A stretch of DNA of 64,000 nt, taken from Trichoplax adhaerens. Taxonomy: Eukaryota > Animalia > Placozoa. The notes under the pieces are model-generated. The model saw only the letters and a list, made by a program, of their open reading frames with translations, did not search any database and was not told the origin of the DNA. Positions within the stretch are counted from its first letter, which is position 1, and each line of letters starts with the position of its first letter. A program made the position numbers and the translations under genes. The DNA is taken from NCBI RefSeq assembly GCF_000150275.1, contig NW_002060950.1:1662106-1726105 (forward strand), written 5' to 3'. Positions 46,150-60,800 of the stretch are shown here, in pieces.

Positions 46150-48095
46150 AGCTTCATCAGACAGTAATAGGGTTAGCACAGCAGTGGTGACGTCAACGAG
46201 GTGACTCGTCGTGTAGTTGAAGCTAAAGCGAGTGCAAGCTCTTTCTTTCATTCGACTCGACTGCAACTCGGGCATGATGGCGAGCGAGCGGCAAGACTAT
46301 CCCAAGGACTTGTGACAATTTCCCTACAAGTCCACGATATAAGCACATGTGGATAGACTGCGATGGTCGACGATTCTCGACCATGGTAAACACATGACGC
46401 AGTATGATGACAGCTGATTGGACTGCAATGATCGAAGGGTAACCTATCCATTCATTACGGTAGTCCTCGAGATACAACGTAGCTACTATGAGCTTCATCC
46501 GACAGTAAGGTCACCACAGTAGCGCTGACGTTGACGATGTCACTCGTCGTGCAAGCTCACTCTTGCAGTCGACTCTACTGCAACTCGGGGATGATGGCGA
46601 CAGCGGCAAGACTATCCCAAGGACTTTCAACAATTTCCTCTAAAAGTCCACGATATAATCAGATGAGGATAAACTACCATGGTCGACGATTCTCGACCAT
46701 GGTAAACACATGACTCAGTACGATGACAGCCGATTGGACTGCATGATCGAAGGGTACACCTATCCATTCATTACGGTAGTCCTCGAGATACAACGTAGCT
46801 ACTATGAGCTTCATCCGACAGTTAGGTTACCACAGTAGTGGTGACGTCGACGATGTGACTCGTCGTGCAGTTGAAGCTAAAGCGAGTGCAAGCTCACTCT
46901 TGCAGTCGACTCTATTGCAACTCGGGGAGGATGGCGACAGTGGCAAGACTATCCCAAGAACTTTCAACAATTTCCTCTAAAAGTCCACGATATAATCAGA
47001 TGAGGATAGTTTACCATGGTCGACGATTCTCAACCATGGTAAACACATGACTCAGTATGATGACAGCCGATTGGACTGCATGATCTAAGAGTAACATATC
47101 CATTCATTACGTTAGTCCTTGAAATAGAACGTAGCTACTATGAGCTTCATCCGACAGTATGGTGACCACAGCAGTGGTGACTCGTCGTGCAGTTGAAGCT
47201 AAAGCGAGTGCAAGCTCTCTCTTTCATTCGACTCTACTGCAACTCGGGAATGATGGCGACAGCGGCAAGACTATCCAAAGAACTTTCAACAATTTCCTCT
47301 ACAACTCCATGATATGAGCACATGAGGATAGACTACCATGGCCGACGATTCTCGACCATGGTAAACACATGACTCAGTATGATGACAGCCAATTGGACTG
47401 CATGATCGAAGAGTAACATATCCATTCATTACCGTAGTCCTCGAAATAGAACGTAGCTACAGTACTATCAGCTTCATCCGACAGTAAGGTGACCACAGCA
47501 GTGGTGACTCGTCGTGCAGTTGAAGCTAAAGCAAGTGCAAGCTCTCTCTTTCATTCGACTCTACTGCAACTCGGGGATGATGGCGACAGCGGCAAGACTA
47601 TCCCAAGAACTTTCAACAATTTCCTCTAAAAATCCACGATAGGAACACATGAGGATAGACTACCATGGCCGACGATTCTCGACCATGGTAAACACATGAC
47701 TCAGTATGATGACAGCCAATTGGACTGCATGATCGAGGGGTAACATATCCATTCATTACCGTAGTCCTCGAAATAGAACGTAGCTACTATGAGCTTCATC
47801 CGACAGTAAGGTGACCACAGCAGTGGTGACTCGTCGTGCAGTTGAAGCTAAAGCGAGTGCAAGCTCTCTCTTTCATTCGACTCTACTGCAACTCGGGGAT
47901 GATGGCGACAGCGGCAAGACTATCCCAAGAACTTTCAACAATTTCCTCTAAAAATCCACGATAGGAACACATGAGGATAGACTACCATGGCCGACGATTC
48001 TCGACCATGGTAAACACATGACTCAGTATGATGACAGCCAATTGGACTGCATGATCGAAGGGTAACATATCCATTCATTACGGTAGTCATCGAGA
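46150..48095. repeat. Six-copy tandem array of a ~316-341-bp GC-richer unit with internal hairpins
   Basis: Units begin with agcttcatc at 46150, 46491, 46807, 47143, 47470 and 47792. All share gcggcaagactatccc-like, gattctc(g/a)accatggtaaacacatgac and atccattcattac blocks. Confidence 0.96.
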
Positions 48096-48847
48096 TGGAA
48101 GGCAGATTCAAAGAACAAGATTGGAACTACAGTATACTGAATCTTGCATGCTTTTAGAATCAACATTGTAGAAAGTATACTTCGGTAAAGGGATCGAGGT
48201 GATTGAAGCTGTGCTGCTATACTAGATTGTACAATCAATCTTCCTCTGCAAGCAGACATGTTGCAGTTCGGACAGCTCCGAGTAGACTAGAAATGCGCTC
48301 AGCTTCTGTATCAGTCGAGGACTACAGACACAGCAGTACACTGAGTGTTGCTATCCAACTGCTACTGAATTCTCGCTCTGTCCATACATAATAATGTACA
48401 GTATGGCTTGTATCATCATGACTACAGCCTACTCTACTGTTCAGTACAGTAGTACAGATACGGTACAAATCAAGCAAGCAAAAGGACAGAACTGATACGG
48501 ACTACGGCACTACAAGTACATCGCGCTTTGACGACTTGGACCTAGTCTAATATTGCCTCCGTCTCCTTGACTATGGATTGATTTTGCGACAAGGACTAAC
48601 AAGGAATAGCTCGAAATAGCAATGGTTGCACACATTATAACTTATATATAGACCGCATTATATACAAAGTATACTGTAGGCCAACAGCCATCGTATAGAA
48701 TAATATATTATTATTGGCAAATGGTCATTCACCAGCTAAACTACAGTCATAACAACGCAGAAGAGATTGACAGTGGCAAAAGAGATCGTCAACTTAGCCT
48801 TTGCAAATATTCTTCAGTGAAATTCACCAAAATCCCTTCCATTAGCT

Positions 48848-51800
48848 ATGGAATTGATCTTGAAAAAGCATCACGGATGGCTCATCGGTAGCCTAACCAT
48901 CATTGTAAGTGGTGTCACGTTGATCAAGATAGTAGAGGCATGGAGAAATAGAAGTAGAACTGTGGAAGAGCGCCGCGCCAGCCAACTTGAAGGTACTTGA
49001 GCATAGTGCAATCAATCGTATTGGACTGGTTGACAGTTTTATGCTAGGCTAAATTTACTTACTGATATGGTTATCCTTAAGCTTATCCTCAACATCCATC
49101 GTATCTAGATATCCATCTAGTTAGAATTGGAGCCAATGACAGACCTACAAAGGCGTTATTAGCCGTACTTTGAGTGCAGTTTTTGCCTATTACTACCAAT
49201 CAGCTACAGGACCTCAATACTTGTGCTGAAAACAACCACCATACTCAAGCAACGTACGAGTCAAGCTTACCTCCAATTATAATTCATAAATGTAGCAATA
49301 CTCTCGCCTACATCATTGTATAGGATTCATAGACAGAATCAACACTGTACTCCCTTTTTTTAGTCATCGTAAATACTACATTTCAACCGGTGTAGGAACA
49401 ATATCAGAAGATACAATGTACTGCATTCGTTTCTCAGCACGAGTACAGCCCTCCTAAAAAACCCTTACCTTGCTATATATATATATATATATATTCATAA
49501 GCAGAATATTGCTAATGGATATTTCTACATGAACTTCAGTTCATGCATATCGATACAAGACGTCATTATCAATTGCAAACCAAGATTAGTTGACCTACGG
49601 TACATCGCTATTTTACTGTACTGTACTATAAAATAGTAGCATACGCGTATAATGGATAATGTAGGTTAATATCACCACAACAATATTACCAGCTCAGGGA
49701 CGAATAAGCCATGTCAAAGCAGTACACGGTATCGATAATCCAGTATATGGATATTCTGTTGTAAATACTAAATGAGAGGCACATACATCATGATTGTATC
49801 ATCACCAACTTAATGACTAAAAGGAGTAGCAGATTAGAATAAAATGAAAGCGATTTGTTTGACGAATAACTGACTAAACCATAGCAACCCCATGATGAAA
49901 ATGTATATTTAAATTCATGGGTAGGATACATCATTCGGTGGATCCAATTTTCCCACATGTCAACTCTTGTAGCAATCTAAACGAGTTCACTTGACATTTC
50001 TATACCTTGGTCATGATCATTTTAAGCTTCCTTACACAATATCATAATGATAACAACTACCTATTTTCATATTGCAGCTATCAATCTACAGGATTTGCAA
50101 GTACTCCTTGGATCAAATAATTATCTTCTAAGGCGGAGGTAATTAAACGTATCTATTCTGAAATAAAAATAAATCAACTTTTCCTACATTTTATATACTC
50201 TATCTATTCCAATGTAGTCTCGCCAAAATTACTCCAAAATATATTGATAATATTCATGCACTAAAAACCATGAATAGCTAGCTATTGTATAAAGAAGAAT
50301 TATTTCAATTACCAGTACAATTGCGCTCACAATCTGATCTTGTTTCAAATTCTGCGTAATATTTAAAAATAGATATTAGTTTATTGAAAGCTGATCTACA
50401 TACGCATTACGTACTATCTACAAAATCACGCATTTGCAATATGCAACATGTTCACATCAAAGTTATTTTAGCCGATAGGTTATCACCGTCCAAAAATGCA
50501 TCATTCCCCTTGAGTAGTAAGAAAGAATTTCACAACTTGTATTCGAAAAGCTGTAGTGTTCAATTTTAATAGCAGGTCAATTATCAAATGTTTGAGCTGT
50601 TACAACGAGTTGTCTAAAAATAGAATTTCTCAGCGTAAAGAAAGGGAGTTAATAGACGCTAATTGCATTTCCTAGTAAGAATAGTTTAAAAATGAATGCA
50701 TACAACTCTAAACAGAAATTGAATAATCTGCAAAAAAAATACTTTAACCATAGTTCATATGCCCCTACCGTACCATGCATTAATAAATAATAGAATAGAA
50801 GACCAGTGATTTAGAAGATGACATCTACTAAATAAATCATTCAGACTTAAACTTTGAAATAATCCAGTTCTGTTATCAACTGCCTTAGGCAAAATAAATA
50901 GTAGTAATAAGTAAATTATCATTTTTATTGATTCAATTGTATGTTCCTAAGGCTAGACTTGAAAACAAAATGAAAGCCATAGTGCAATAGCCAGATTAAT
51001 GATGCGTATGCTTCACCTCTTTCTCAATTATAGTGTACAAAGTGTTGTTATTGACATTGCTAGTCAACGACAATATCTATCGTATTTTATCGATCAAACT
51101 TCGTGTGACGATATCAAAGAAGCTCTACATGCGGTTATGGCCTTAAATTTGATTAGCAAATCTGGTAAATTTACTATCAAACTACGAAATGTTGTATAAC
51201 TTGAATATCTTGTATGATTTTTTTACACTATAAACTGTAATCGTTACTAACAACACATCACCTAACCCAAGAAACGTATACCAACGATAGTTGTGATGTT
51301 TTTTAAAGCAAGATACACTACAATTCGCTCAAATACGAGTCGTTTCATTTTCGCCATTCTTATCCTATCATTCACTACAGTATATACGAATATTAAAAAT
51401 GATCATGATAGTTAATAGTTACATGGCTATAATTCACGTGATGATGTGCTTCTCTCTTAACCTCTTTTTACACTTTTTATTTAGCGGTTCATAAAAAATA
51501 TTTGTATGATCTCAATGGTTTACAAGCAATTTGCTGTTGTTTAATGAAATGGCAAGGATACCAAGTTAGAAACGATGACGTAGAATTAATTATTCAAAAA
51601 GAGAGGATTCTAAAAATACTATGTTCCACTTTGGTAGAGTTAATTTGTGATCCCGGTATGTCTAAACTCGATGCTGAATAGAGTGCCATGCACGATTAAT
51701 GAAGTAACTTTATCTTTTTTTACAGTAATCGTTTATATCAAGAATGTACAATCAAAGTTTTAATTTTGACCAAACGCTTGAATAAATGTTTATTTACTAA

Positions 51801-54800
51801 AGCAAAAGTTCAATTGAATAATGTTACATAGTTCATCGTACAGTACAGTATTTTAATAGCTGCAATAGCATATGTCGATGATATCCTCAACTACACTAAT
51901 CTAATTTCATCAATCTCGCACTGTTTTCAACAAGTACAATATCTATACACCCTCGCCTAATTTTTATTCTCCTCTCTTATTTTCTTTTAGAATGTAATAA
52001 ATTTTCCATTAATAGGTATGCTATAATCTTCTATGTCAAACAACTTTAACATTTATCTATCATAGTGCCTTGAACGACTGCATATTAATCCTTTCCTAAT
52101 ACTGTTTTACACGCTCACAAATTATAGAAATATGATGTATATTAACCATATATATTTACTAATGCTTTTTCATGCAAAAGGGATATTATTTGTACACTAC
52201 TGGCTTTGATATCGTCTCCGTGTACAAAAGAAGTTGGGCGATTATCTCTTTTCGTGTTACATCAATTATCCATTACTGAAAATGGTCAGTACGGTTATAA
52301 TCTAAACCTTTTTAATGTATTCTTTATAATAGCATTTTAAATCTTCTATTCACTTACGTACATTAGGTAATTAACTTATATTACACGGACACTTTAAAAT
52401 AAAGTATTCTAATTGTGTTAGTACTTCACGCAGAAACTTATTTCACTAATGTATATACACACACATTTGTATTATTGTAGCAGAAGTTGTCAAGCTTGAC
52501 TCAGTGGGCTTAGGCGCTATCTCTGTTATAAGTAAAGTAATTATGAATAATCGGGTAAGTTTATCGTTATAACATGCAAATATTTTTACTTATGTCATCA
52601 ATTATATCAATTTCTAATATCAACATTAACTTTATCTCCATATACTAATATTAATCTACAGGAAAGGCCGGTAACTGTCAAAATATGTTTACATATGTTG
52701 GCTCTACTTTCTCATGTGAAAAGTAAAGGTAATTCATTTATATGTAATAGCACTGCGCAATCATGCTATTATCTTTGCATGTTAGAGAAAATAATCAGAT
52801 ATGTGATGTACAAAATTCCAAACTTGAATCAAATGTATAATATTCGCCTATATTCAATATTATATTGTGACTATGCAGATAACATATCAGCATTAACGGA
52901 AATTGGCCAGCACAAAGTCTACTATACGGCTATTATGTATTTTACTGCAGGTAAGTTTATTTCAGTATAATTAAGCATTTTGATGTAATACGCTTTGACA
53001 AACAATACTTAAATGTAGTGCGTACTGACAATGTTTTAACAGATGACTTCACATGCTTGTTTAATTATAGATGATGAGGAAGCTCGCTACTGGGCTGCCA
53101 CGTTAATTCATGAATTTGTTTGCAATGGTTTGTATGTTACACTGTACTTTTACTTTTAATACCATCACTTAGTAAGCGATTAATTATCGACTTGCTGTTT
53201 AGATATTTATAGAAAGGAAATTTCTTGTATTCCTACGCTAATGAAATCTTGTCGTCACGCATTGTCAAAAAGTGATTCTGGTATTCAAAAAATCATTTTA
53301 AAAATTTGCAGTTTCTTGGTTATGAAGGACGGTATGTTATAAATTACATCGTACACTTCTTTTATGCTGATTTATGCTTATTTTAATCTCATAGCTAATC
53401 AACTTTAAAATTTTACGTATGATGTTATTCGGACAAGTTTTCTATTATGTGAAATTGTTTTGTTACATCTGTATGATATTCTGCTGATTATGCGGTCAAC
53501 TTTGCTATCTCTACTATTAGTTCGTTAACCTTCTTAAAACAACATATTTATCGCTTTAAGTTGCCATTAACTATGCTTAAATACTATTGTAAATTCTTAA
53601 TCTAAGAATACCGTAATATTGCTGTGAAATGAAAGCCTAGAATTTCATTAAAATGAGTGTCAAGGTCAAAAGCATTCCCTAAGATCCTACTGTAGCCCAT
53701 GTGTTATTATGATATATACCAGGACAACTCATATTTACTTTATCGGATGATGGCCTACTCGTAGCCAACTTATTGTTGTACTATCTAATATTATGGCTAA
53801 TTAGTAACTATTACCAACTGATTATACTACCATCATAATTAATGCAACTTTCTAGATCAATTTTATAAGAAGATTTTGGAATGTAAAGGCTTCCTAAACA
53901 GACTACCAATATGCTTGGCCTCTAGTGACTATGAAGTTGCGCACTGGACGCTGGCTCTTGTCCATGATCTTGCTATGATTGGTTTGTAGATAAATTATCC
54001 GATTTTTTAACTATTATATTATTAGTATGTAGCAAGAATATAGGATATAACTTGTACTTCTAATTTTAAATGATAGGTAAGGAAGTATCGGCTTATATTT
54101 TAAATGCAATGGATGGCTTTATTACCTGTTTTACGGAATCATTAATGAATCGCGAAGATAGAACAATTATTCATTTAATTGCTGAGACGCTCGGATTTTT
54201 CTGTTCTTGTGGTGCGGCTATCCTTGATTTTTATTCGTATTTCAACTGTAATATAAATACACTGAAATGTTACGTTAATTTCACATCATTTATAGAAAAT
54301 TTTCATACAAAAATACTTAAAGAAAATGGTATAGTTCCAATTCTGCGTTTATTGAATAATTCTGATTCCGGTGTTCGACTCTGGGCTGTCACTATGTTGT
54401 TAAATTTATCCATGTCGAATGGTGCGCTCAACTAAAATTCATTTTGTTACTAATAGAACTATATTTAGATACTCTAAAAATTTTATTTTATAGTCTAAAT
54501 TTGCAATTAATATGAGTTATACTTGTGTCACACGCAATGCGGAAATATTACGTCGATATAGATAGAAATCTAATAGTAGTATTTACTAGCATCAATTATA
54601 GATTACGTGATCGAATCATAATAAATATGTATACGCTGAACGAGACATTACAGTTAGTTTTAGTGTTGTATTGTACCTTTCGCAGTAGTTAAATGCTGGA
54701 ATCCTGTAGTAGTAAATATTTTACCTTATTGTGATAGGATTTAAGATTTGCATAGCGCTAATAATTGCACTAGAAGGAACGAATTGATTGTTTATTTACT

Positions 54801-57800
54801 TATGATTAGATCAATGTAGGTTAGGTATTGTCAAAGAAGGTGGCGTAAAATGTCTCGTCAATCTGGCTCTATCAGATTCTGAACAATCTCAAACGTCTTC
54901 TTTAGCTGCTAAAACGTTGGTCATGCTATCGTTGCTAGGTAAAAAATTGTTACATATTAATTTTAATGGTTATCATTCAATTTGGTATATGTCTTCATAG
55001 CGGCCTAATTTTTAGATATTCAGATAACCATTCATGTCAGCGCTAGACAGGAAATGGCTTATATTAGAATAGGCCAGGCAGACTATCATATACGAGAGGA
55101 TGGGGTAAAAACTACTTAGATACTTTTGAGATATCATTTTATGCGACTTCCATCCTCACTTTTCGTATTTTTCTGCCAGTAAATATATGCCACTATCATT
55201 GTTAGTTTCACTTTATAGAATTGGATCCATTCATGATGTCGGTAATCTCCAGACATACTTTTGAACCTAGCCTCCTAAAATTATCGCAAGAAATCAAAGA
55301 ATATGTAGATGCAATTGATCATGATTCTATAGTTGTTTTATGCGCTAGAGGCGTAAGCGTCAACGACATTACTGGTATAGTATAGTGTATTGTCTTTTAC
55401 ATTCATCTCTAGTTTGCAATTATTGTGTAGTCTTTAGTGTATCACATTTAAGTGGCAGAATTATATGACACTATGTCTAGAGTTAAGCTTATTTACTGCA
55501 TTTGATGCAAGTTATGTTACGTTCGCCTATTTCCTTTAACTACAGCAAAATGTTGGTCATCGTTATCGAAATTGGGATTATTACAAGGGAGTCTGTCCAA
55601 TCACGATAGTATGGTAGCTTATGTTGGAGCCAAAGAAACTTGTGAAGGTTATGAGTTTGCTTCTCAAGAGTCTGATCAATTACAAGTTGATCTCGACGTA
55701 TCTTTTAGCATTGGTACATTATGTTTGCTGTATAATTGCTTTTTTATTGCATATTACTGCTCAAGTAACCATTTCAAGTTATTTTTAGGCCTCCTTGTTA
55801 ATCGTATTATCCAACGGGAAATTTTAACACCCCTTATTAGTTTGCTACTATGTCACCCTGCTAGAGATTCAGTCAGCAAAGTAACTGTAAGTATGGATTA
55901 TTTTTATGCCACTAAATTATGTTATAATACGCGCTTTACTGCCATGGCATTAATTTCGGACTCTTCAAGCATGTTCGCTAGAATAGTAATATAATCTCAC
56001 ATATTTGCCAAATACATATTTTTGATGGTTTATGCGAATAGTTAATGTGTTTACCTATACTCTATTGATCTGATCAATTACAAATATTTTAAAATATGTT
56101 TGCTGTATGAATATCTACCACATGAAAATGTTAGCAAACATTACTAATGTATCATAATATCGACAAATTTCTCTTAACACAAGGAATTAGAATTGCTACA
56201 TATTCTAGCACGACAAAAAGATAATCGGCAGCTTATGATACTCTATGACGGATTCTTGGATTATCTTTCAGAATTAATCTGGTTTGTGTTTGTTTTAACC
56301 AATAGTGTAGTGCGTGGAGCAATTTATGACTTGGAATATATTTATAATTACTCTAGTCATTTCGATCACCACAAATTTTGTTAAAATGGAAGTAAACTTA
56401 ATTAACAGTTTATAGTCACTCAGGAATTCTTGGGTTAATTTTTTGTCCATGCATTTCAATCAAATTTTCATCTTTTGATTTTATTGGTTTGACGTTAATT
56501 TTTGCATTTACTACCAATCAGGCACTTCTGTCATATTCAAGCGGAATCGTTACATTTGTACCCAATGGTCATTTATCATTGTGACGGTGCTATTAAGATT
56601 TTAGCGACACTTTCAGCACATAGTAAGACCGTAAAACCAGTGATTTCTATCACTATATTAATGCAACTAACAATTTATTCATATATGCTACATATCTAGA
56701 TGAATGTTGTCATCAAATGTGTTATTGTGGAATAGTTGATGCGTTGGCCTCTTTAATTCTTCGAATTAATAAACATCGCATTCAATTACTTGATAAACAA
56801 CTAGATAAAGGTAAATGTAAGATATTATAGATAAATTTTTTGCCGACAACTTTTTTCAGTAGCAGGATTAGATTATATTATTATGAATAAACATCTTAAA
56901 TTCTTACATGTTTTGCTAGGGGATGACAATTATTGGGGTAATGATTCCTCTACTAGTCGCGTAGCATTTTTTTCGCAAGCAGAGGACATCTTAAGTAACA
57001 GCAAACCTACTCGTGGATCGCCTCGTAAATCGAAAGCTACGTTGCAACTGGCTTCACCGCTTAAACGATTTTGTAGCACATCATCTGATTTGGATACTTC
57101 CTTCAATAACAGTTTTAGCCTTCAAGGTAACAATCTGTAGTGACTGATAGTAATTGATTGGTTGTCAATAAAGCCATAAAACTTTTAGGTAGTATAAAGT
57201 ATGAAGTAATATCAAATTTATCCCGCTATAGGCTAATTACTGTTGAATCTGATAACTATCTTTTAATCTGTTGTATGCTGTTATAAATTATAGCTAGCCA
57301 AATATCGAATTCTTTGGACGCATACATTGCTCAATCGAATGTTGATAACCCACCAACGCCTCGAGTGGGAGAGTATCTATCCTACGGTAATTAGAGCTAA
57401 TGCTACAAGGCTCAGGCATTTATACCACTTCCCAAGGGCTAACATATAAATCTTCAAATATCACTGTAATAGAGGACACTTATGCTACTCTCACAAATCT
57501 TACCACTTACTGCTTTGCCCGTTTAATTGCATATCCATTGCCAGGTAAGTGTGATCATGTTTTACCTAATCACATCAACGTAGAAATTTCGAAATATTAT
57601 TAAAACACAAACTCTTTTCTTACTGTCGCATTACTGTAGCATATATTTTAGTGATTACACTTTTCAATTTTAAACTATTCTTGCCCTACTGATTTGAATT
57701 ATAGTTTTAATTTTACCAGTCAAATAATAAAAACTACTTTCATAGTCACTCACTACAATACTAAAATATGAATTTGTTTATATAATATTACTTTGTAAAT

Positions 57801-60800
57801 CATTTCCAGAGCTTTATAAAAATTACCAAGCTGCTGGAATATTGTACTCCTTGTGGACCGCTATACTGAGTTGCCATGACTCCATCAAGGAATCAGTCGG
57901 AGTATGACACCTTTAATGTTTAAGATCATATAATTAGATAATATCTCAACATTACTAGATGAAAATAAATTATTCACCATATCACTAGCTTGGTAATAAC
58001 GCAGATGGTTATCATTCTGATTTGCTAGCTTTACGTTGAATACACTATATCCAACATGGTGATTGAATCCACCTCAAAAGGTATAAGCAAAGTGCCTAAT
58101 GATGATCAATCATATACTGCAGTATAAAATTGAATTAAGTATGGATTTTATTTTTTTGCAATACCTTAATGATCAAGGAAAACGTGTTAGACTCTGTAAT
58201 TATCCAGCCCTATCTGCATCGAGTAGGACACCATCATTAATCATTAGTCCTGATCATTTGGAGGTCAGTATATTTTTTTCTTGCCAAATAATGTACTTTT
58301 ATGCTAATTGTATTAAATTACGATTCGTATATTTATGATCTTATACTGCATCCAATATACACGTACGCCCAAATAATCATGATATTGAATGGTATACTGA
58401 CCGTGTTCAACTATAGGCATGCAATGAAAGTTGGACATTTGAAAGCGTACTTGCAGATGTTTATGTTTGTAAAGGAATATATGATCATTCCAAGCAAATT
58501 CCAGATGGATGGTATTACGAGGTACTAACAGAAAAGTATAGTTTGTAACGTCAATTACAATTATCATTAATCTTCTGATATAGTTGAATAACTTTGAATT
58601 ACGAGTTCAAATATTTATCGTAATGTCGCTATAATCGACTAACTTAAAATAGCGGACTAGGTATATTATATTTTATTTCACTGTTCATGACAATTCAGAT
58701 AATTATTTATCACTGAAGTATTTGACTCACATGATATTTTTCGCATAGGTAATTCTCAAAACACCCGGAATAATTCAAATTGGCTGGGCAAGAAAGGAAT
58801 GCTGTATGTTGCCAGAGAAAGGTACAAATTAAATATTTGAATCCAGTACTAAAGCGCTTACCTAAAATCAACTCGTATTTCATTTACATTGCCGTTTCAA
58901 AATAATTATTTTGTTTCCGCTACTAGGGTATGGTGTTGGTGACGACGAGTATTCATATGCTTTTGACGGCAGTCGATGCAAGAAATGGCATAATATGAAA
59001 AATGTACCTCTTCAAGTAAGTTAGTTAACTATGCGTTAAGCCATTATTGATCCAGTTATAAGATTTAGTAAAGCCTGTAAATAATTACTTTAGGACCATA
59101 TGCGATATGGACGTGAATGGAAAGAAGGTGATATCATTAGCTGCTTACTTAGCAGGTTAGTTATGCCCAAATCATTAAACTAATTCTTCAACGATTTCCT
59201 TCCACTAACGTAAATTATTGTATACTTTACCACAGTTCTGGTGATATATCCTACTGGCACAATGGAAATAATTTAGGGATTGCTTTTTCTAGTAAGATTA
59301 TTAGCTAATGGAACTGTTACCATAGAATTTTATATGAACTATTATATAACCAGTTCAGAGCGTACAGAGCAGATTTTAAAAATCTTTTTCAAGGATAATT
59401 AAAAAGCATGGTCAGTTTCAATTGCCCGATTGTATATCCTTAAATTAGATATTGATCTGAGTCATAATTGGTATCCTGGCGCATCATTATCAACAGAACA
59501 ACAGTGCATATTTAATTTTACTGGAAATGAAATGCATCCCTTTAGGTAAATCTAAAGTACTGCATGATTAATGTACTTAATGAAAAGTATATTGATATAA
59601 CTATCACTAAACGTATTTATAATTTAATCCATGTTAACACTTTAGCTAAGATCTGAGATAAATTATTTAATTAAAGCGATGCCTCAATCATGTGTTGTTA
59701 GCTATAAACCACTACTCGTTATACGTGCTTCTTTATCAAATGTAGTCCATTCAGTCATAACTATCCCTACTCGACTATAGTATAGGTAGGGACTACTAAA
59801 GAGAAAGCGAGGGACAGGAAACGGTCGTTCACTATACTTATAATGTGGAGGGTGATTAATTATTGTACTAATCATTTCAACTGTATCGTATATCTGCAGC
59901 GGTACACTATACTGTCTACTATTCGTATCCAAACTAGCTGCAAACATGCTGCTAAGTTGGTTTTGTGCAGTATGGTATACGGTTTCATTGATACCGTACA
60001 GTAGGATGACCGGAAAATGATCAGCCTCCATATTATTTTGTACTGAAAATGGCTTCCCGTCCTCTCTTTCTCATTGGTAGTCCCTAGTATAGGAGTAACA
60101 TATACTGCGCCAGTCAAGGGATAGAATCGATGCTATAACGACATTTATTTATAAATAATTAAACCTTTGGTTATTTAAATTTTGGATAATTACAAATAGA
60201 TACAAAATGCCAAGTCAATATGTAGCTATTGGCTCGACACCATCATTTAACAAAAAGTCATCGAAAAGAAAAAAAAAGATTTCAATATCCAATTCCGATT
60301 CCTTTAATGCCCTAGAGGGACGTACAATTTATGTTCCCGATTTTATGATTTACTATGAAGTTAGCCTTCAAAGTATATCGATCGACGTTGAAAAGTACGG
60401 CTTTTGGTGGACAAATAATATCAATAAGGTGTATAATTGTTTATCGTTCATCATAATTTACTTGATTAGCCGCTATTGATTAATACCAAATTAATTCTTT
60501 CTTTCTCATATATTTAGTTTTATTGTAAATTATCATCTGATCGGAAGCTAACCATGCCAGATGGCGAGGAATTTGATATCACAGAAGTATGCTAATTATG
60601 CAGTGGAAACATTTAGAAAATATTATGAATTGCCAGTTTACTGATTCACTGTTACCTTAATGGCTGTTATTGACTATAAACTAAGTAATTGACTATTTTC
60701 TTAATTAGAAACAACTTATCATTGGTTGTGGATTATGCCTACCCGATTTATTCGGATTTTTTACCGTAAATGGTCAACAATATGGTAAATGAGTTTAACC

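Noticed and set aside
46150-48095. Array as CRISPR, snoRNA cluster or hammerhead retrozyme; ORFs at 46223-47050 and 48023
   Set aside because: Units are wholly repeated with no unique spacers and no cas genes. ATGATGA occurs without a properly placed CTGA box D and terminal stem. CTGATGA on the minus strand appears only in copy 1 and is not followed by stem II-GAAA. The ORFs are not preserved between copies.
59702-60117. Minus-strand ORFs of 109 and 81 aa as a nested gene
   Set aside because: They coincide with the foldback MITE and show no recognisable domain.
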